A stretch of 64,000 bases of DNA, taken from assembly GCA_017459635.1 (NCBI GenBank), contig JAFUCO010000066.1, positions 4,797-68,796 on the forward strand. Reading direction: 5' to 3'. The stretch comes from Blautia sp. Lineage in GTDB: Bacteria; Bacillota; Clostridia; Lachnospirales; Lachnospiraceae. Below are positions 38,526-48,739 of the stretch, one piece after another (the stretch's first letter is position 1; each line of letters begins with the position of its first letter). The notes below the pieces were generated by a model. That model had not been told where the DNA came from. It was given only the letters and a program-made list of their open reading frames with translations, and made no database searches. A program made the translations under genes and the position numbers.

Positions 38526-39289
38526 GCTAATGCCTCCAGAAAATCCGCGACTGCCTTCTCAACTTCCTCAAGTTTGTTGTCGTAACAGTGAGTATCGCCT
38601 TTTATTATAGCAAGGGATGCGTTTTTGTATTTTTTCGCGAGTTCTATTCCACAGGATACAGGAACACTTTCATCCCCATCTCCGTGAACGACAAGCACCG
38701 GTCCTCTGAACCGTTTTATCGCTTCTTCAACCGGAAGAAACTGAGCAGCACGGAAGTAATTTCCTCCAAGAACCTTTCCGTCCGGAAAGATTACCTTATC
38801 GGGGATGTTGTAAGGATCAAATTCCGCATCAAGTATGTGACCTGTAGATGCATCCTCTGCTATGCTCATGGCCGGTGACAGCGGGACGATGGCGTCCAGC
38901 CTGTCAGCCATGAGGCCGCCTGTAAGCACGGTGCACAGGCCTCCCTGCGAATGACCGACAAGGAACAGCTTTGTCGCAAATTCAAGGGATGCGGCATAAT
39001 TAATTACGGTCATCAGTTCAGACATCCATTTATATATGGTATGGTCCTCGAATCGTCCACCGCTTTTTCCATGTCCGTAGAGTTCCGCCCTGAGGGTCGC
39101 AATCCCGCGCCCGTTCAGGGCTCTGCTTATCCCTGTAATGTGCGGTTCTTCCATGTGTCCGGTAAATCCATGGACAACGACCGCAAGCGGAAGTGAACCC
39201 TGCCCCGCAGGACGGTCAAGCTTCATGTGAAGCTTTATTCCATCATCATCGATATAAAATTCTTCCGATAGCAATTCTTTGTCGTACAT
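38522..39289 (-). CDS. Alpha/beta hydrolase, feruloyl/cinnamoyl esterase-like
   Basis: HGFTGHMEE, YGHGKSGGRFEDHT, GHSQGG, HGDGDESVP, GDTHCY; resembles Butyrivibrio Est1E from memory; start uncertain (39289-39340). Confidence 0.8.
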   Translation of the reverse strand: MYDKELLSEEFYIDDDGIKLHMKLDRPAGQGSLPLAVVVHGFTGHMEEPHITGISRALNGRGIATLRAELYGHGKSGGRFEDHTIYKWMSELMTVINYAASLEFATKLFLVGHSQGGLCTVLTGGLMADRLDAIVPLSPAMSIAEDASTGHILDAEFDPYNIPDKVIFPDGKVLGGNYFRAAQFLPVEEAIKRFRGPVLVVHGDGDESVPVSCGIELAKKYKNASLAIIKGDTHCYDNKLEEVEKAVADFLEALA

Positions 39290-39563
39290 CTTCATTCTCC
39301 CATTTGAATACCTGGCATCAGCCGAGGTTTTATCTTGCATCCATCTTGTCTTCCTTCAATATAAAAAGAGCCGGTGCATATAAAAATTATAGCACGCGGC
39401 CCCCTCTTTTCTCAACACGTTTCAATATAAATCATTGCTCCTGTGATTCCGAATATATGGCTCAGGATTTGTGATGTTATGGTGCCACAATGATTCTGAC
39501 GAGTCGACTATTATCGCACTATCGCGGCTCCACATTGTCGTCCGGATTCCCAGGAAGCGTGTG

Positions 39564-40346
39564 TTAAAGCCCCATCCTGTTTTCCATTATGTGGCTTTGG
39601 CAGACTGCATTCTGATCTGACACGAATTTATCAGGTGAACCTCCGCAAACGCTGCAGAAGTACCTGAATATCGGGAGACCGTTTACTGTATCGCTTCTTT
39701 TGTGTGCAAGGCACATACGCTCAGGATGCCATTGAACGCCGTATATTTCCTTACTAGTATGCCGGATCGACTCTACGCATCCATCCACCGGGCAGACAGC
39801 GGCAGTCACCAGGTCTTTTCCTATAAGGTCTGCTGCCTGGTGATGCGAGCTGTTTATCGGAAATTCCTTTCCATATAGTTCGGCCAGCCAGCTGCCTTCT
39901 TCGGCGCGGCACATATGCATGTTGTCGCCTTTTCGCGTCCAGATGTGATGCTCCTTTGTTTCAAGGTCCTGGATCAGGGTTCCTCCAAAATATACATTGA
40001 TCATCTGGTGCCCTCTGCATATGCCCAAAACCGGCCTGCCTGACTTTACAAAATCATCAAGTATCGAAAACTGCAGGTCATCCATATCTTTAAATGTCTT
40101 CATGCATCCGGTGTTTTTCTGACCATATCTTGAAGGACAGATATCCAGTCCTCCCGGAAGCAGAAGGCCCTGGTAGGATGTATAGTTAAACTCGCTGTAA
40201 TCAAGATATTCCTGCTGGTAAGTCCTGGCTATATTATGGCTCTGAACCGATATCACTACGGGCTCCATCCCTGCAGCCTTCACTGCATTATAATAATTTG
40301 TTACATCCTGGTCTATCTCGGGTATTGCGATTCTTGGCAGTCTCAT
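39564..40346 (-). CDS. Peptidase C26 / gamma-glutamyl-gamma-aminobutyrate hydrolase family
   Basis: LPGGLD, GICRGHQ, NSSHHQA, VQWHPE. Confidence 0.9.
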   Translation of the reverse strand: MRLPRIAIPEIDQDVTNYYNAVKAAGMEPVVISVQSHNIARTYQQEYLDYSEFNYTSYQGLLLPGGLDICPSRYGQKNTGCMKTFKDMDDLQFSILDDFVKSGRPVLGICRGHQMINVYFGGTLIQDLETKEHHIWTRKGDNMHMCRAEEGSWLAELYGKEFPINSSHHQAADLIGKDLVTAAVCPVDGCVESIRHTSKEIYGVQWHPERMCLAHKRSDTVNGLPIFRYFCSVCGGSPDKFVSDQNAVCQSHIMENRMGL

Positions 40347-40461
40347 GTAAGTCAATCCTTTTCTTTCACTCGGCACGAAGTCATACAGATAAACCTGTCA
40401 TCCATATGCCGGCTTCTCCGGTGGGTGCATGTTACGGTGTAATTACAGCATTTCGGTATAG

Positions 40462-41232
40462 TTAATGATCCTTGATGGAATTCAGGAAATCCTGTGCCCG
40501 CTGTGATTTTGGATGTGAGAAGAATTCATCCGGTGTGTTCTCCTCGATAATGCTGCCTCCATCCATAAATATTACTCTGCTTGCCACGCGGCGGGCAAAA
40601 TTCATTTCATGTGTCACGACAAGCATCGTCATGCCTTCGCGGGCAAGCTCTGTCATGACATCCAGGACTTCTCCTATCATCTCGGGGTCAAGGGCGCTGG
40701 TCGGCTCATCAAACAGAATGGCTTTCGGATGCATGGCCAGGGATCTTGCTATCGCTACTCTCTGCTGCTGTCCGCCGGAAAGCTGGGCCGGCACCTTTTC
40801 GGCCTGTGAATCGACCCCTACTCTCTTGAGAAGCTGCATTGCTTCTTCCTTCGCTTCCTTGCGGGATTTGTGCAGAACGTCCATGGGTCCAAGAATTACA
40901 TTATCAATTATAGTCTTGTGCGCAAAGAGGTTGAAGGACTGGAACACCATTCCAATCTGCGCACGAAGGCGGGCAAGCTCCTTTCCTTCCTGCGGCATTT
41001 TGACTCCCTCGATAAGGATCTCTCCGGAGTCTATGGTCTCAAGCCTGTTTATGGTACGGCACAGTGTAGACTTGCCTGAACCTGAAGGCCCTATGATGAC
41101 GACTACCTCGCCTTTTTTCACACTTAAGCTTATGTCCTTAAGCACATGAAGGCTGCCAAAATGTTTGTCCACATGTTTCAGCTGGATCACCGGGATATCA
41201 TTGCTTCCCGTCCCGATCGTTTTTTCCGGCAT
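40462..41232 (-). CDS. Amino acid ABC transporter ATP-binding protein
   Basis: [27 protein letters not shown]. Confidence 0.95.
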   Translation of the reverse strand: MPEKTIGTGSNDIPVIQLKHVDKHFGSLHVLKDISLSVKKGEVVVIIGPSGSGKSTLCRTINRLETIDSGEILIEGVKMPQEGKELARLRAQIGMVFQSFNLFAHKTIIDNVILGPMDVLHKSRKEAKEEAMQLLKRVGVDSQAEKVPAQLSGGQQQRVAIARSLAMHPKAILFDEPTSALDPEMIGEVLDVMTELAREGMTMLVVTHEMNFARRVASRVIFMDGGSIIEENTPDEFFSHPKSQRAQDFLNSIKDH

Positions 41233-41276
41233 ATCAATTTCTCCTCACCATAAATCTGCCTGTTTTATCTACTGGA

Positions 41277-41422
41277 ATAAGACAGGGGACGGTTCTTTGT
41301 CTTATTTTATGTCTTTTGAGACAGGGAACCGTCCCCTGTCTTAGTCTGTGTTTTTGAGACAGAGAACCGTCCCCTGTCATAAAATCTGTGTTTTTTAAGA
41401 CAGAGAACCGTCCCCTGTCTTA
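41277..41422. repeat. Cluster of four family A units
   Basis: One inverted plus three direct units (about 41281, 41320, 41358, 41399), the direct ones joined by tctgtgtttttt linkers. Confidence 0.9.
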
Positions 41423-42232
41423 TTTTCCGGTTCTGTGGGCTGCGGCAACCGATGCGCGGTTCAGAAGCCAGTTTATGACAATATATATGACCGCAACTAC
41501 CAGGTATACCGACAGGAGCGCATCGTAATTTGATATCAGAACCTTAGCGTTCTGCATAAGATCCGGAAAGTTTACAACGTAGGCAAAAGTCGTATCCTTC
41601 ACGACTATGACAAGCTCCGAGATCAGCGCAGGAACCACAAAGCGGAACGCCTGTGGGAATACGACCTTAAGGAAGACGCTGTGGGGCATCATCCCCAGTG
41701 ACTGCGCGGCCTCCTTCTGTCCTTTTGGAACCGCGTTCACACCTGACCGCAGTACCTCGGCAACAACGCCGCAGGCCGATATTGAAACCGGAAGGCATAT
41801 CTTCCAGAAAGCCGGCAGCTTTACGCCGAATTTAGGTACTACCAGAAAAAAGAAGTATATAAAAAGCAGCGTCGGCACTCCACGTGTAAATTCGATCAGT
41901 GCAGTACTGACCGCAGATGCTATTATGCTGCCGCTTATTCTCAGCACCATCAGTATAAAGCCAACCGCAAAGGTGACTATTCCGGCAACCACGGCCGCCT
42001 CAAGAGTTCCGAGAAGGCCTTTTCCAAGGAATTTCCAGGTCGTCCATTTTGTAAATATTGACCAGTACTTTGAATCAAGCTGTCCGGTCTCATAAAATCT
42101 CCGCACTACAACTACTATAAGTGCGGCAAGGGCTGCCAGCGAAAGTGCAGTTACTGCCCAGATTATTTTCTGCGTTTTTGGCCCCGGGGGTTCAAACAGG
42201 GCGTCTTTTACCGATGTCCGTTTATCTCTCAT
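41420..42232 (-). CDS. Amino acid ABC transporter permease (GluD-like)
   Basis: FTRGVP, GQKEAAQSLG, VVKDTT. Confidence 0.9.
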   Translation of the reverse strand: MRDKRTSVKDALFEPPGPKTQKIIWAVTALSLAALAALIVVVVRRFYETGQLDSKYWSIFTKWTTWKFLGKGLLGTLEAAVVAGIVTFAVGFILMVLRISGSIIASAVSTALIEFTRGVPTLLFIYFFFLVVPKFGVKLPAFWKICLPVSISACGVVAEVLRSGVNAVPKGQKEAAQSLGMMPHSVFLKVVFPQAFRFVVPALISELVIVVKDTTFAYVVNFPDLMQNAKVLISNYDALLSVYLVVAVIYIVINWLLNRASVAAAHRTGK

Positions 42233-42888
42233 CTGAGTATCCTCACTTTCCTGTCGATCCTGTTTCCGATCTGGCCAATTACTACGGCTGTTGCGCAGTA
42301 CATAAGGGCTGAGATCAGGAAGGCGGTTACTCCTCCGACCGCGTGAGTATTTATGTGCGCGACCAGTCCGGTCAGATCACGCGGATTCATGGGGACCTGA
42401 CTTGCGAGAGCTGTTGTCAGCATTGTGGCTACCAGCAGATTAGTCAGAGGAAGCACGCTGGACCTCAGGGCCTGAGGAATGACCACCCTGCGGATTATCT
42501 GCATAAAAGTAAGGCCGAGTGACCTTGCCGCTTCGATCTGCCCGGTGCCTATTGTGTTTATCCCTGCCATCAGATATTCCGAGCAGAAGGCGGCGGGGAT
42601 AAGCGAAGCAGCGATCAGTACACATGTAAAATAAGAAAGAAGCACGTCAAGATATGGAAGCGCGTACACCAGAACCATTAGAAGTGAGGCTCCGGGAATG
42701 TTCCTGAATATCTGAACATAGAATTCTGCAAATATCCTGAGCGGCTTTACCGGACTGATACGCATCACCGTTACGATCACTCCAATCACGAAAGCGATCG
42801 CAAATGCAAAAAAGGTGAGCTTCCAGGTCGTAAACAGCGCCGATATGTATTGATCTCCATATTGGGAGAGAAGTTCCTTGATACCCAT
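42229..42888 (-). CDS. Amino acid ABC transporter permease (GluC-like)
   Basis: FRNIP, GQIEAARSLG, IPQALR. Confidence 0.9.
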   Translation of the reverse strand: MGIKELLSQYGDQYISALFTTWKLTFFAFAIAFVIGVIVTVMRISPVKPLRIFAEFYVQIFRNIPGASLLMVLVYALPYLDVLLSYFTCVLIAASLIPAAFCSEYLMAGINTIGTGQIEAARSLGLTFMQIIRRVVIPQALRSSVLPLTNLLVATMLTTALASQVPMNPRDLTGLVAHINTHAVGGVTAFLISALMYCATAVVIGQIGNRIDRKVRILR

Positions 42889-43176
42889 TTAAGCAAAAAC
42901 CTCATAAAAAAGCTCAGGGGGACTGTGAAGCTCAGGGTTTTCCAGCCCTTCCTTCAACAGCCCCCTGTCATTATTCATGTCCGGCATGCCAGACATGTGC
43001 CAAATTTCATGCCGGACCTGTTCCGGGCTTCTTGCCGGAACTGTGCCGGGTTTCATGCCGGAAGCGCTGCCGCCATATACAGTGCAGCCCCGGCATCCAT
43101 ACCCCGCCTGTCCTTAATTCCATTAAAACCCTGATGCAATTAAGCTTCAGGTTATTTCATGTCTATTATTAGTCTG

Positions 43177-44106
43177 TTATTCGCCTACTGCCGGTGCTTC
43201 CGGAGCTGTGTCAATTCCGGTCCTGTCGCCGAGGCTTATCTGCCACAGTTCAGCCCAGGTTCCGTCTTCCTCGATAGTTTTGAGGAAATCATTGACAAAG
43301 GCAACTCCGTCAGAATCCTTCGGAAGTCCGATGCCGTAGTTGTCTTCCGGTCCGAACACATCGCCGGCGATCTCATACACGTCAGGATTCTTAACGATTG
43401 CGTTAAGCATCAGTGTGTAGTCTGTCACGTAAGCATCGACCCTGCCCTGCTCAAGAGCAACACGGGCTTCCTGGTCATTCTGGAACTCCTCAACTACTGC
43501 TTCCGGTGCATATTCTGCAAGAATATCCGGGCCTGTCGAGCCTGCCTGTGTTGCAACGGTCTTTCCTGCAAGGCTGTCAACACCTGTTATCTCGGTATTT
43601 CCGGCTTTTACAAGAACAGCCTGCTGAGAAACATAGTACGGGCCAGCGAAAGAGATGACCTCTTTACGGGCATCAGTGATAGAGTAGGTAGCAAATACCG
43701 TGTCAACGATATCATCGGTCAGCACTGATTCACGTGTGCTTGAATCGACCTGTGTCAGTTCATATGCGGATGAATCTCCCAGGATATAATTTGCAAGCAG
43801 CTGATAGAGTCCTGCGTCAAAGCCTCTTACGCCTTCATCTGTCTCGTCCATCTGGCTGAAAAGGAAGGAAGTCCTTGTGCCGCCTACGCGGAGAACTCCT
43901 GCATCCTTAACTGCGGTTGCCCATTCGCTTGCAGCGATGGCATCTTCCGATGCTACCGGACCTGAGGAAACAAGTGAGTCAAATGCTTCCTTATCAATAG
44001 CTACTCCTTCTGCCTCCTCTGCAAATGCTGCAGATGCTCCTGTCACTGTGATGGCTGCGGCAAGAAGAATCCCGAAACCCTTTTTGATCATATTCAGCTT
44101 TTTCAT
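43177..44106 (-). CDS. Glutamate-like amino acid ABC transporter substrate-binding protein
   Basis: Signal peptide; GFDA, ATYSITDARKEVISFAGPYY, YGIGLPK. Confidence 0.88.
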   Translation of the reverse strand: MKKLNMIKKGFGILLAAAITVTGASAAFAEEAEGVAIDKEAFDSLVSSGPVASEDAIAASEWATAVKDAGVLRVGGTRTSFLFSQMDETDEGVRGFDAGLYQLLANYILGDSSAYELTQVDSSTRESVLTDDIVDTVFATYSITDARKEVISFAGPYYVSQQAVLVKAGNTEITGVDSLAGKTVATQAGSTGPDILAEYAPEAVVEEFQNDQEARVALEQGRVDAYVTDYTLMLNAIVKNPDVYEIAGDVFGPEDNYGIGLPKDSDGVAFVNDFLKTIEEDGTWAELWQISLGDRTGIDTAPEAPAVGE

Positions 44107-44267
44107 AACAGCTCCTCCTTTTGCTTATGTAAAACAGCTAAAAACACCGAGGTACTGGAAAATTACAGTAAGTGCTGCTGAATTATATTACAGCATTATT
44201 CGATCGCATTTTACTGTAAAAAGATACGAGTGATATTGTAACCTACTTTTCATACTATGTCAATAGG

Positions 44268-45110
44268 TTATATGTGTTTTTTCCGAATATGTCCGTCGGA
44301 AATGCTGATTTCGCCTTCCTTCAGAAGATGTCCAACTGCGCGTTTGAAAGCATTTTTGCTGAGGCCAAACTCGCTGCGGATTGTATCGGGTGCAGCCTTG
44401 TCGTCGAAAGGCAGTATCCCCGAATACCGGTCAAGTGCGCTGCTTATCATTGCTGCGTCGTCCTCAATCTGCTTATAGGCTTCCTTACGTGTGCTGACGT
44501 TCAGCTTTCCGTCTTCCAGGACCTGAGTGACACGGAGTGACAGTATTTTCCCCGGAGCTGCTGCCACAGCGCCTTCCCTTGCAGGTATCAGTGCGGAGTA
44601 TTTATCATCAACAGCTACAAAGGTTCCAAAGTTATCGCTTTTTTCATACACCCTGCCGGTAACCGTATCGCCTATGCCATACGGGGAATTTTTGTGGAGG
44701 TAAGGGTACACCTTCATAGTAGCGCAGAGCCGACTGCTCTTGTCCACATAGAGTGCTGCAAGAACTTCATCACCGGGTTTTACGCGGACAGTCATCTCGC
44801 GGTAGGGAAGCATGAGGTCCTTCTCAAGCCCCCAGTCAAGGAATGCGCCTATCTTTGTGACTTCCTTGACCTTCAGAACCGCCGTTTCACCGGTCTGCAG
44901 GGCAGGTTCATTCGTAGTCGCTATCAGACGATCCTTTGAATCCTTGTACAGAAATACGGATATCCTGTCGCCGCACTCCAGGCCATCAGGAACCTGTTTT
45001 GCAGGAAGGAGCACCTTTTCTGATGCGTCCCTGTCGTCCTCTTCGGCAAGATACACCCCGAAATCTGTCTTTTTTACCATATAGAGAAGCTGTTTTCTCC
45101 CTAATTCCAT
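44268..45110 (-). CDS. cvfB: S1 RNA-binding domain protein CvfB/YitL
   Basis: DFGVYL, VLLPAKQVP, GAFLDWGLEKDL, FGLSKNAFKRAVGHL. Confidence 0.88.
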   Translation of the reverse strand: MELGRKQLLYMVKKTDFGVYLAEEDDRDASEKVLLPAKQVPDGLECGDRISVFLYKDSKDRLIATTNEPALQTGETAVLKVKEVTKIGAFLDWGLEKDLMLPYREMTVRVKPGDEVLAALYVDKSSRLCATMKVYPYLHKNSPYGIGDTVTGRVYEKSDNFGTFVAVDDKYSALIPAREGAVAAAPGKILSLRVTQVLEDGKLNVSTRKEAYKQIEDDAAMISSALDRYSGILPFDDKAAPDTIRSEFGLSKNAFKRAVGHLLKEGEISISDGHIRKKHI

Positions 45111-45145
45111 TTTGTTCCCCCATAGCAGCAATTAGCGCCTGCTTT

Positions 45146-45841
45146 TTATTTCCTGATCTGTCCGTAATAAGCGTTTGCGCCGTGTTTTCTGTAATAGTGC
45201 TTGTCCTGAAGCTCCTGCGGTGCCGGTTTAACCTGCGGGTTGATAAGCTCGCATCTTGTAGCCATCTTTGCAACTTCTTCAAGGACCACTGCGTTGTGAA
45301 CCGCTTCGTGAGCATCCTTGCCCCATGCGAACGGGCCGTGGTTTTTGCAGAGAACTGCCGGAACTGCTTCGTAATCCTTATCTTTAAAGTAATCAACGAT
45401 CAGAATGCCGGTGTTTTTCTCATATGCTTCGTCGATCTCTTCCTTTGTCAGGTTGCGGACACACGGAACTTCACCGTAAATGTAGTCCGCATGGGTCGTG
45501 CCGTAGCATGGAATGGCGCGGCCTGCCTGAGCCCAGCTTGTCGCCCAGGATGAATGTGTATGAACGATGCCTCCGACCTTCGGGAAAGCTTTGTAGAGTT
45601 CCAGATGAGTGGGGGTGTCTGAAGATGGATTGTAGTCGCCTTCTACTTTGTTGCCTTCAAGGTCAACTACTACCATGTCTTCCGGTTTAAGCTTGTCATA
45701 GTCAACACCGCTCGGTTTGATTACAAAAAGGCCGGATTCGCGGTCGATGCCGCTGACATTTCCCCATGTAAAGGTTACAAGGCCGTACTTCGGCAGATCC
45801 ATGTTGGCAAGGTACACCTGTTCTTTCAGTTTTTCAAGCAT
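45146..45841 (-). CDS. araD: L-ribulose-5-phosphate 4-epimerase
   Basis: [37 protein letters not shown]. Confidence 0.95.
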   Translation of the reverse strand: MLEKLKEQVYLANMDLPKYGLVTFTWGNVSGIDRESGLFVIKPSGVDYDKLKPEDMVVVDLEGNKVEGDYNPSSDTPTHLELYKAFPKVGGIVHTHSSWATSWAQAGRAIPCYGTTHADYIYGEVPCVRNLTKEEIDEAYEKNTGILIVDYFKDKDYEAVPAVLCKNHGPFAWGKDAHEAVHNAVVLEEVAKMATRCELINPQVKPAPQELQDKHYYRKHGANAYYGQIRK

Positions 45842-45939
45842 TTTTGATCCTCCTTGTTTTGTTATTTTTATTGTTTGTGTAATATTATTACAGTTGACTG
45901 ATCATTCAAATCAACAACTGTTATTCTCATTTGTGGTTG

Positions 45940-46040
45940 CTGTTCACGGCCCAGTCGCAAGCAGCCGGGCCTGAGCTGCCCATTCGGAATCTCGCCATTA
46001 CGGGCTTCATTGCTGCTTAGCAGCCGGATTCCTCATGAAA
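45940..46040. repeat. Family C hairpin fused to partial family B repeat
   Basis: ctgttcacggcccagtcgcaagcagccgggcc then ctgagctgcccattcggaatctcgcc...ggattcctcatgaa. Confidence 0.75.
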
Positions 46041-46043
46041 GAA

Positions 46044-46751
46044 TCAGAACCTGAATTCCACTGCTGTATAAAGCTCGCCCTCTTCATTATTAAGCAGAAC
46101 CGTTGCCATGTCTCCGCCGATCTTTACTGCGGGGCAGAACACATCACCCTGGAAGGCCTGTTTGTGATATTCGGCCTTCATCTCCCTGACCACACAGCCT
46201 TCAGGCAGGTAATCCATAGCCATCCTTACATACTGGACGTTATTGACATGGTGGTTGATATCCAGCTGGTGCTTCTGTATGACAAAGGGTTCATCCGGAG
46301 ATACGTCCTCAGGTACGGCAAGCTTGCGTTTGGCGTATGGCATTTCAAGCTTTTCATCAAGGACATAGCCCTTAAGGTCATCCTCCCTGAGCCTCGCAGG
46401 AGTGCCGGTCTCTATATTCAGATTTGTCCACAGAGAATTGGCCACGGCGAGCAGCTCACCGTTTTCCCCTTCCATTTTGAAATTACGGTGGCCGAAGCAC
46501 ATGACAAGCTTATATGGCAGTGTTGTAGTACGTATAAACTCTCCCTGCTCAGGATAGCGGTTTATTATCACCTGCCAGGAGCTGAGCACCCATATCCTGT
46601 TGCGCGACATAGTGGATTTTGAGCCCTGGTTGATCGAATCCGCCTGAAACGTGCAGCAATCCTGAAAGTAGTCAAGTATGCCCGGTAATGTAAGCTTTCC
46701 ATCTGTCCCCGCTTCACTGAAGCGCACCCTGCTGTCAAAAAAATATGCCAT
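46044..46751 (-). CDS. Acyl-ACP thioesterase family protein
   Basis: YFQDC, WVLSSWQV, LDINHHVNN. Confidence 0.9.
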   Translation of the reverse strand: MAYFFDSRVRFSEAGTDGKLTLPGILDYFQDCCTFQADSINQGSKSTMSRNRIWVLSSWQVIINRYPEQGEFIRTTTLPYKLVMCFGHRNFKMEGENGELLAVANSLWTNLNIETGTPARLREDDLKGYVLDEKLEMPYAKRKLAVPEDVSPDEPFVIQKHQLDINHHVNNVQYVRMAMDYLPEGCVVREMKAEYHKQAFQGDVFCPAVKIGGDMATVLLNNEEGELYTAVEFRF

Positions 46752-46827
46752 TGTTTTAATCCCTCCAAATATGCCTATTATTATACACATTCAGGCGCAA
46801 GGGCGCAAGTAAAACGGAAACAGTAAC

Positions 46828-46871
46828 ATAAGACAGGGGACGGTTCTCTGTCTTAGAGAACCGTCCCCTGT
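46828..46871. repeat. REP-like palindrome, family A
   Basis: gacaggggacggttctctgtcttagagaaccgtcccctg. Confidence 0.85.
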
Positions 46872-46923
46872 TGTAATTTTGCAATGGGTGTCGGCAAAAC
46901 CGGAGCAAAGGGAACTGATGAAT

Positions 46924-48300
46924 TTATTCAAACTTAGGCAGCGCGGCTATGCTCTTCTGCAGTTCTTCATCCGTAGGTATGGTATCTGTCATTGTACCGT
47001 CGTTATACTGCTGATAAGCGACCAGGTCGAAGTAGCCGGTTCCGGTGAGTCCGAAAAGAATGTTCTTCTCTTCTCCGGTCTCTTTGCATTTCAGCGCTTC
47101 GTCTATCGCTGCCCTTATTGCATGGCTGCTCTCGGGTGCCGGGAGGATGCCTTCGGTCCGGGCAAACATTTCTGCTGCTTCAAACACTGCGGTCTGTTCA
47201 ACTGCTACTGCTTCCATATAACCATCATGGTACAGCTGTGAAAGTACCGGGCTCATGCCGTGGAAACGGAGGCCGCCTGCATGGTTGGCTGACGGGATGA
47301 AGCCTGAGCCAAGCGTATACATCTTCGCCATCGGTGTGATCATGCCTGTGTCGCAGAAGTCGTAAGCATACACGCCTCTTGTAAAGCTCGGGCAGGATGC
47401 CGGCTCGACCGCGATGATCCTGTAGTCCTTTTCGCCGCGCAGTTTTTCGCCCATGAACGGAGAAATAAGTCCGCCCAGATTTGAACCGCCGCCGGCGCAG
47501 CCGATGATGATGTCAGGTTCTATTCCATATTTTTCACAGGCGGTCTTTGCCTCCAGGCCGATCACTGACTGATGCAGAAGCACCTGGTTGAGGACTGATC
47601 CCAGTACGTAACGGTAGCCTTCTGTTGATACCGCAACCTCGACGGCTTCGGATATGGCGCAGCCAAGGCTTCCGGTCGTTCCCGGGAACTCTGCGTTTAT
47701 CTTGCGTCCGACATTCGTTTCCATGGATGGTGAAGGTGTGACTGAGGCTCCATAGGTACGCATGACTTCACGCCTGAACGGCTTCTGCTCGTATGAAACC
47801 TTGACCATGAAGACCTTGCATTCAAGGCCGAAATATGCGCATGCCATTGAGAGTGCTGTGCCCCACTGGCCTGCTCCGGTCTCTGTTGTCACGCCCTTAA
47901 GTCCCTGTTTCTTAGCGTAGTAAGCCTGGGCGCTGGCGGAATTCAGCTTGTGGCTGCCGCTGGTGTTGTTTCCTTCAAATTTACAGTAGATATGTGCCGG
48001 GGTTCCGAGAGCTTTTTCAAGGTTATAGGCACGGATAAGCGGAGACGGACGGAAGGTTTTGTAGTATTCCTGGATCTCCTGCGGAATGTCAAAGTATGGT
48101 GTGTCATTGTCAAGCTCCTGCTCAACAAGCTCCGCGCAGAAAACCGGAGTCAGGTCTTCTGCCGTGACCGGTTTGCCGGTTCCCGGGTTGATAAGCGGAA
48201 AAGGCTTGTTTTTCATATCGGCCCGCATGTTGTACCACCTGGTAGGGATCTCATTCTCGTCAAGATAAATTTTGTAAGGGATCTTTTTGTTCTCTGCCAT
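46924..48300 (-). CDS. trpB2: TrpB2-type tryptophan synthase beta chain
   Basis: SGSHKLN PLP lysine, TETGAGQWG, GSLGCAISEA, HAGGLRFHG, PAPESSHA; long N-terminus typical of TrpB2. Confidence 0.92.
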   Translation of the reverse strand: MAENKKIPYKIYLDENEIPTRWYNMRADMKNKPFPLINPGTGKPVTAEDLTPVFCAELVEQELDNDTPYFDIPQEIQEYYKTFRPSPLIRAYNLEKALGTPAHIYCKFEGNNTSGSHKLNSASAQAYYAKKQGLKGVTTETGAGQWGTALSMACAYFGLECKVFMVKVSYEQKPFRREVMRTYGASVTPSPSMETNVGRKINAEFPGTTGSLGCAISEAVEVAVSTEGYRYVLGSVLNQVLLHQSVIGLEAKTACEKYGIEPDIIIGCAGGGSNLGGLISPFMGEKLRGEKDYRIIAVEPASCPSFTRGVYAYDFCDTGMITPMAKMYTLGSGFIPSANHAGGLRFHGMSPVLSQLYHDGYMEAVAVEQTAVFEAAEMFARTEGILPAPESSHAIRAAIDEALKCKETGEEKNILFGLTGTGYFDLVAYQQYNDGTMTDTIPTDEELQKSIAALPKFE

Positions 48301-48354
48301 GGTTCTTTCCTCCTATTTTTCTGCAGATGTTGCTTGTTTCGCGGGGCTGTGGAA

Positions 48355-48675
48355 ATAAAAAAACTCCTGTCCCCGCAAATAATGCAGGGACAGGAGCGAT
48401 ATATACATCACTTCTGCGGTACCACCCGGCTTGACACAGGTTCACTGCGCCCACTCAATGCACACCATCATGTGCTGGTTTTGATAACGGAGCCCCGCTC
48501 CGGCGCCCCTACTGACCTGTGTTTCAGTATCTGGTGTGATCATAGATCAAAGACTGAAATCAGGATGTTCGGTTTGCACTCTGAAGTCCATTCACGCTGT
48601 TTCCGTGTACCGCCTTCCACCACCGGCGGCTCTCTGTGACGCTTTCACAACGCTACTCACTCTTCATCAACGCTT
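48355..48675 (-). promoter_or_regulatory. T-box riboswitch with Trp (UGG) specifier
   Basis: Minus strand: AGTAG/AGAGAG/GGTGGAA stem I motifs, GAA-TGG-A specifier (48588-48590), AGTA box, T-box GGTGGTACCGC (48416-48426), terminator ctcctgtccc...gggacaggag plus T run; promoter TTGACA-N17-TATGCT at 48687-48715. Confidence 0.92.
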
Positions 48676-48739
48676 TATTGTGATAAAGCATACCATCCGT
48701 AACCCGGATTGTCAAGGATTATTTTTACTTTTTGTGTTT

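Noticed and set aside
41320-41419. Repeat-linker-repeat pattern resembling a CRISPR array
   Set aside because: Linkers are short and nearly identical, and the unit is the dispersed family A palindrome.
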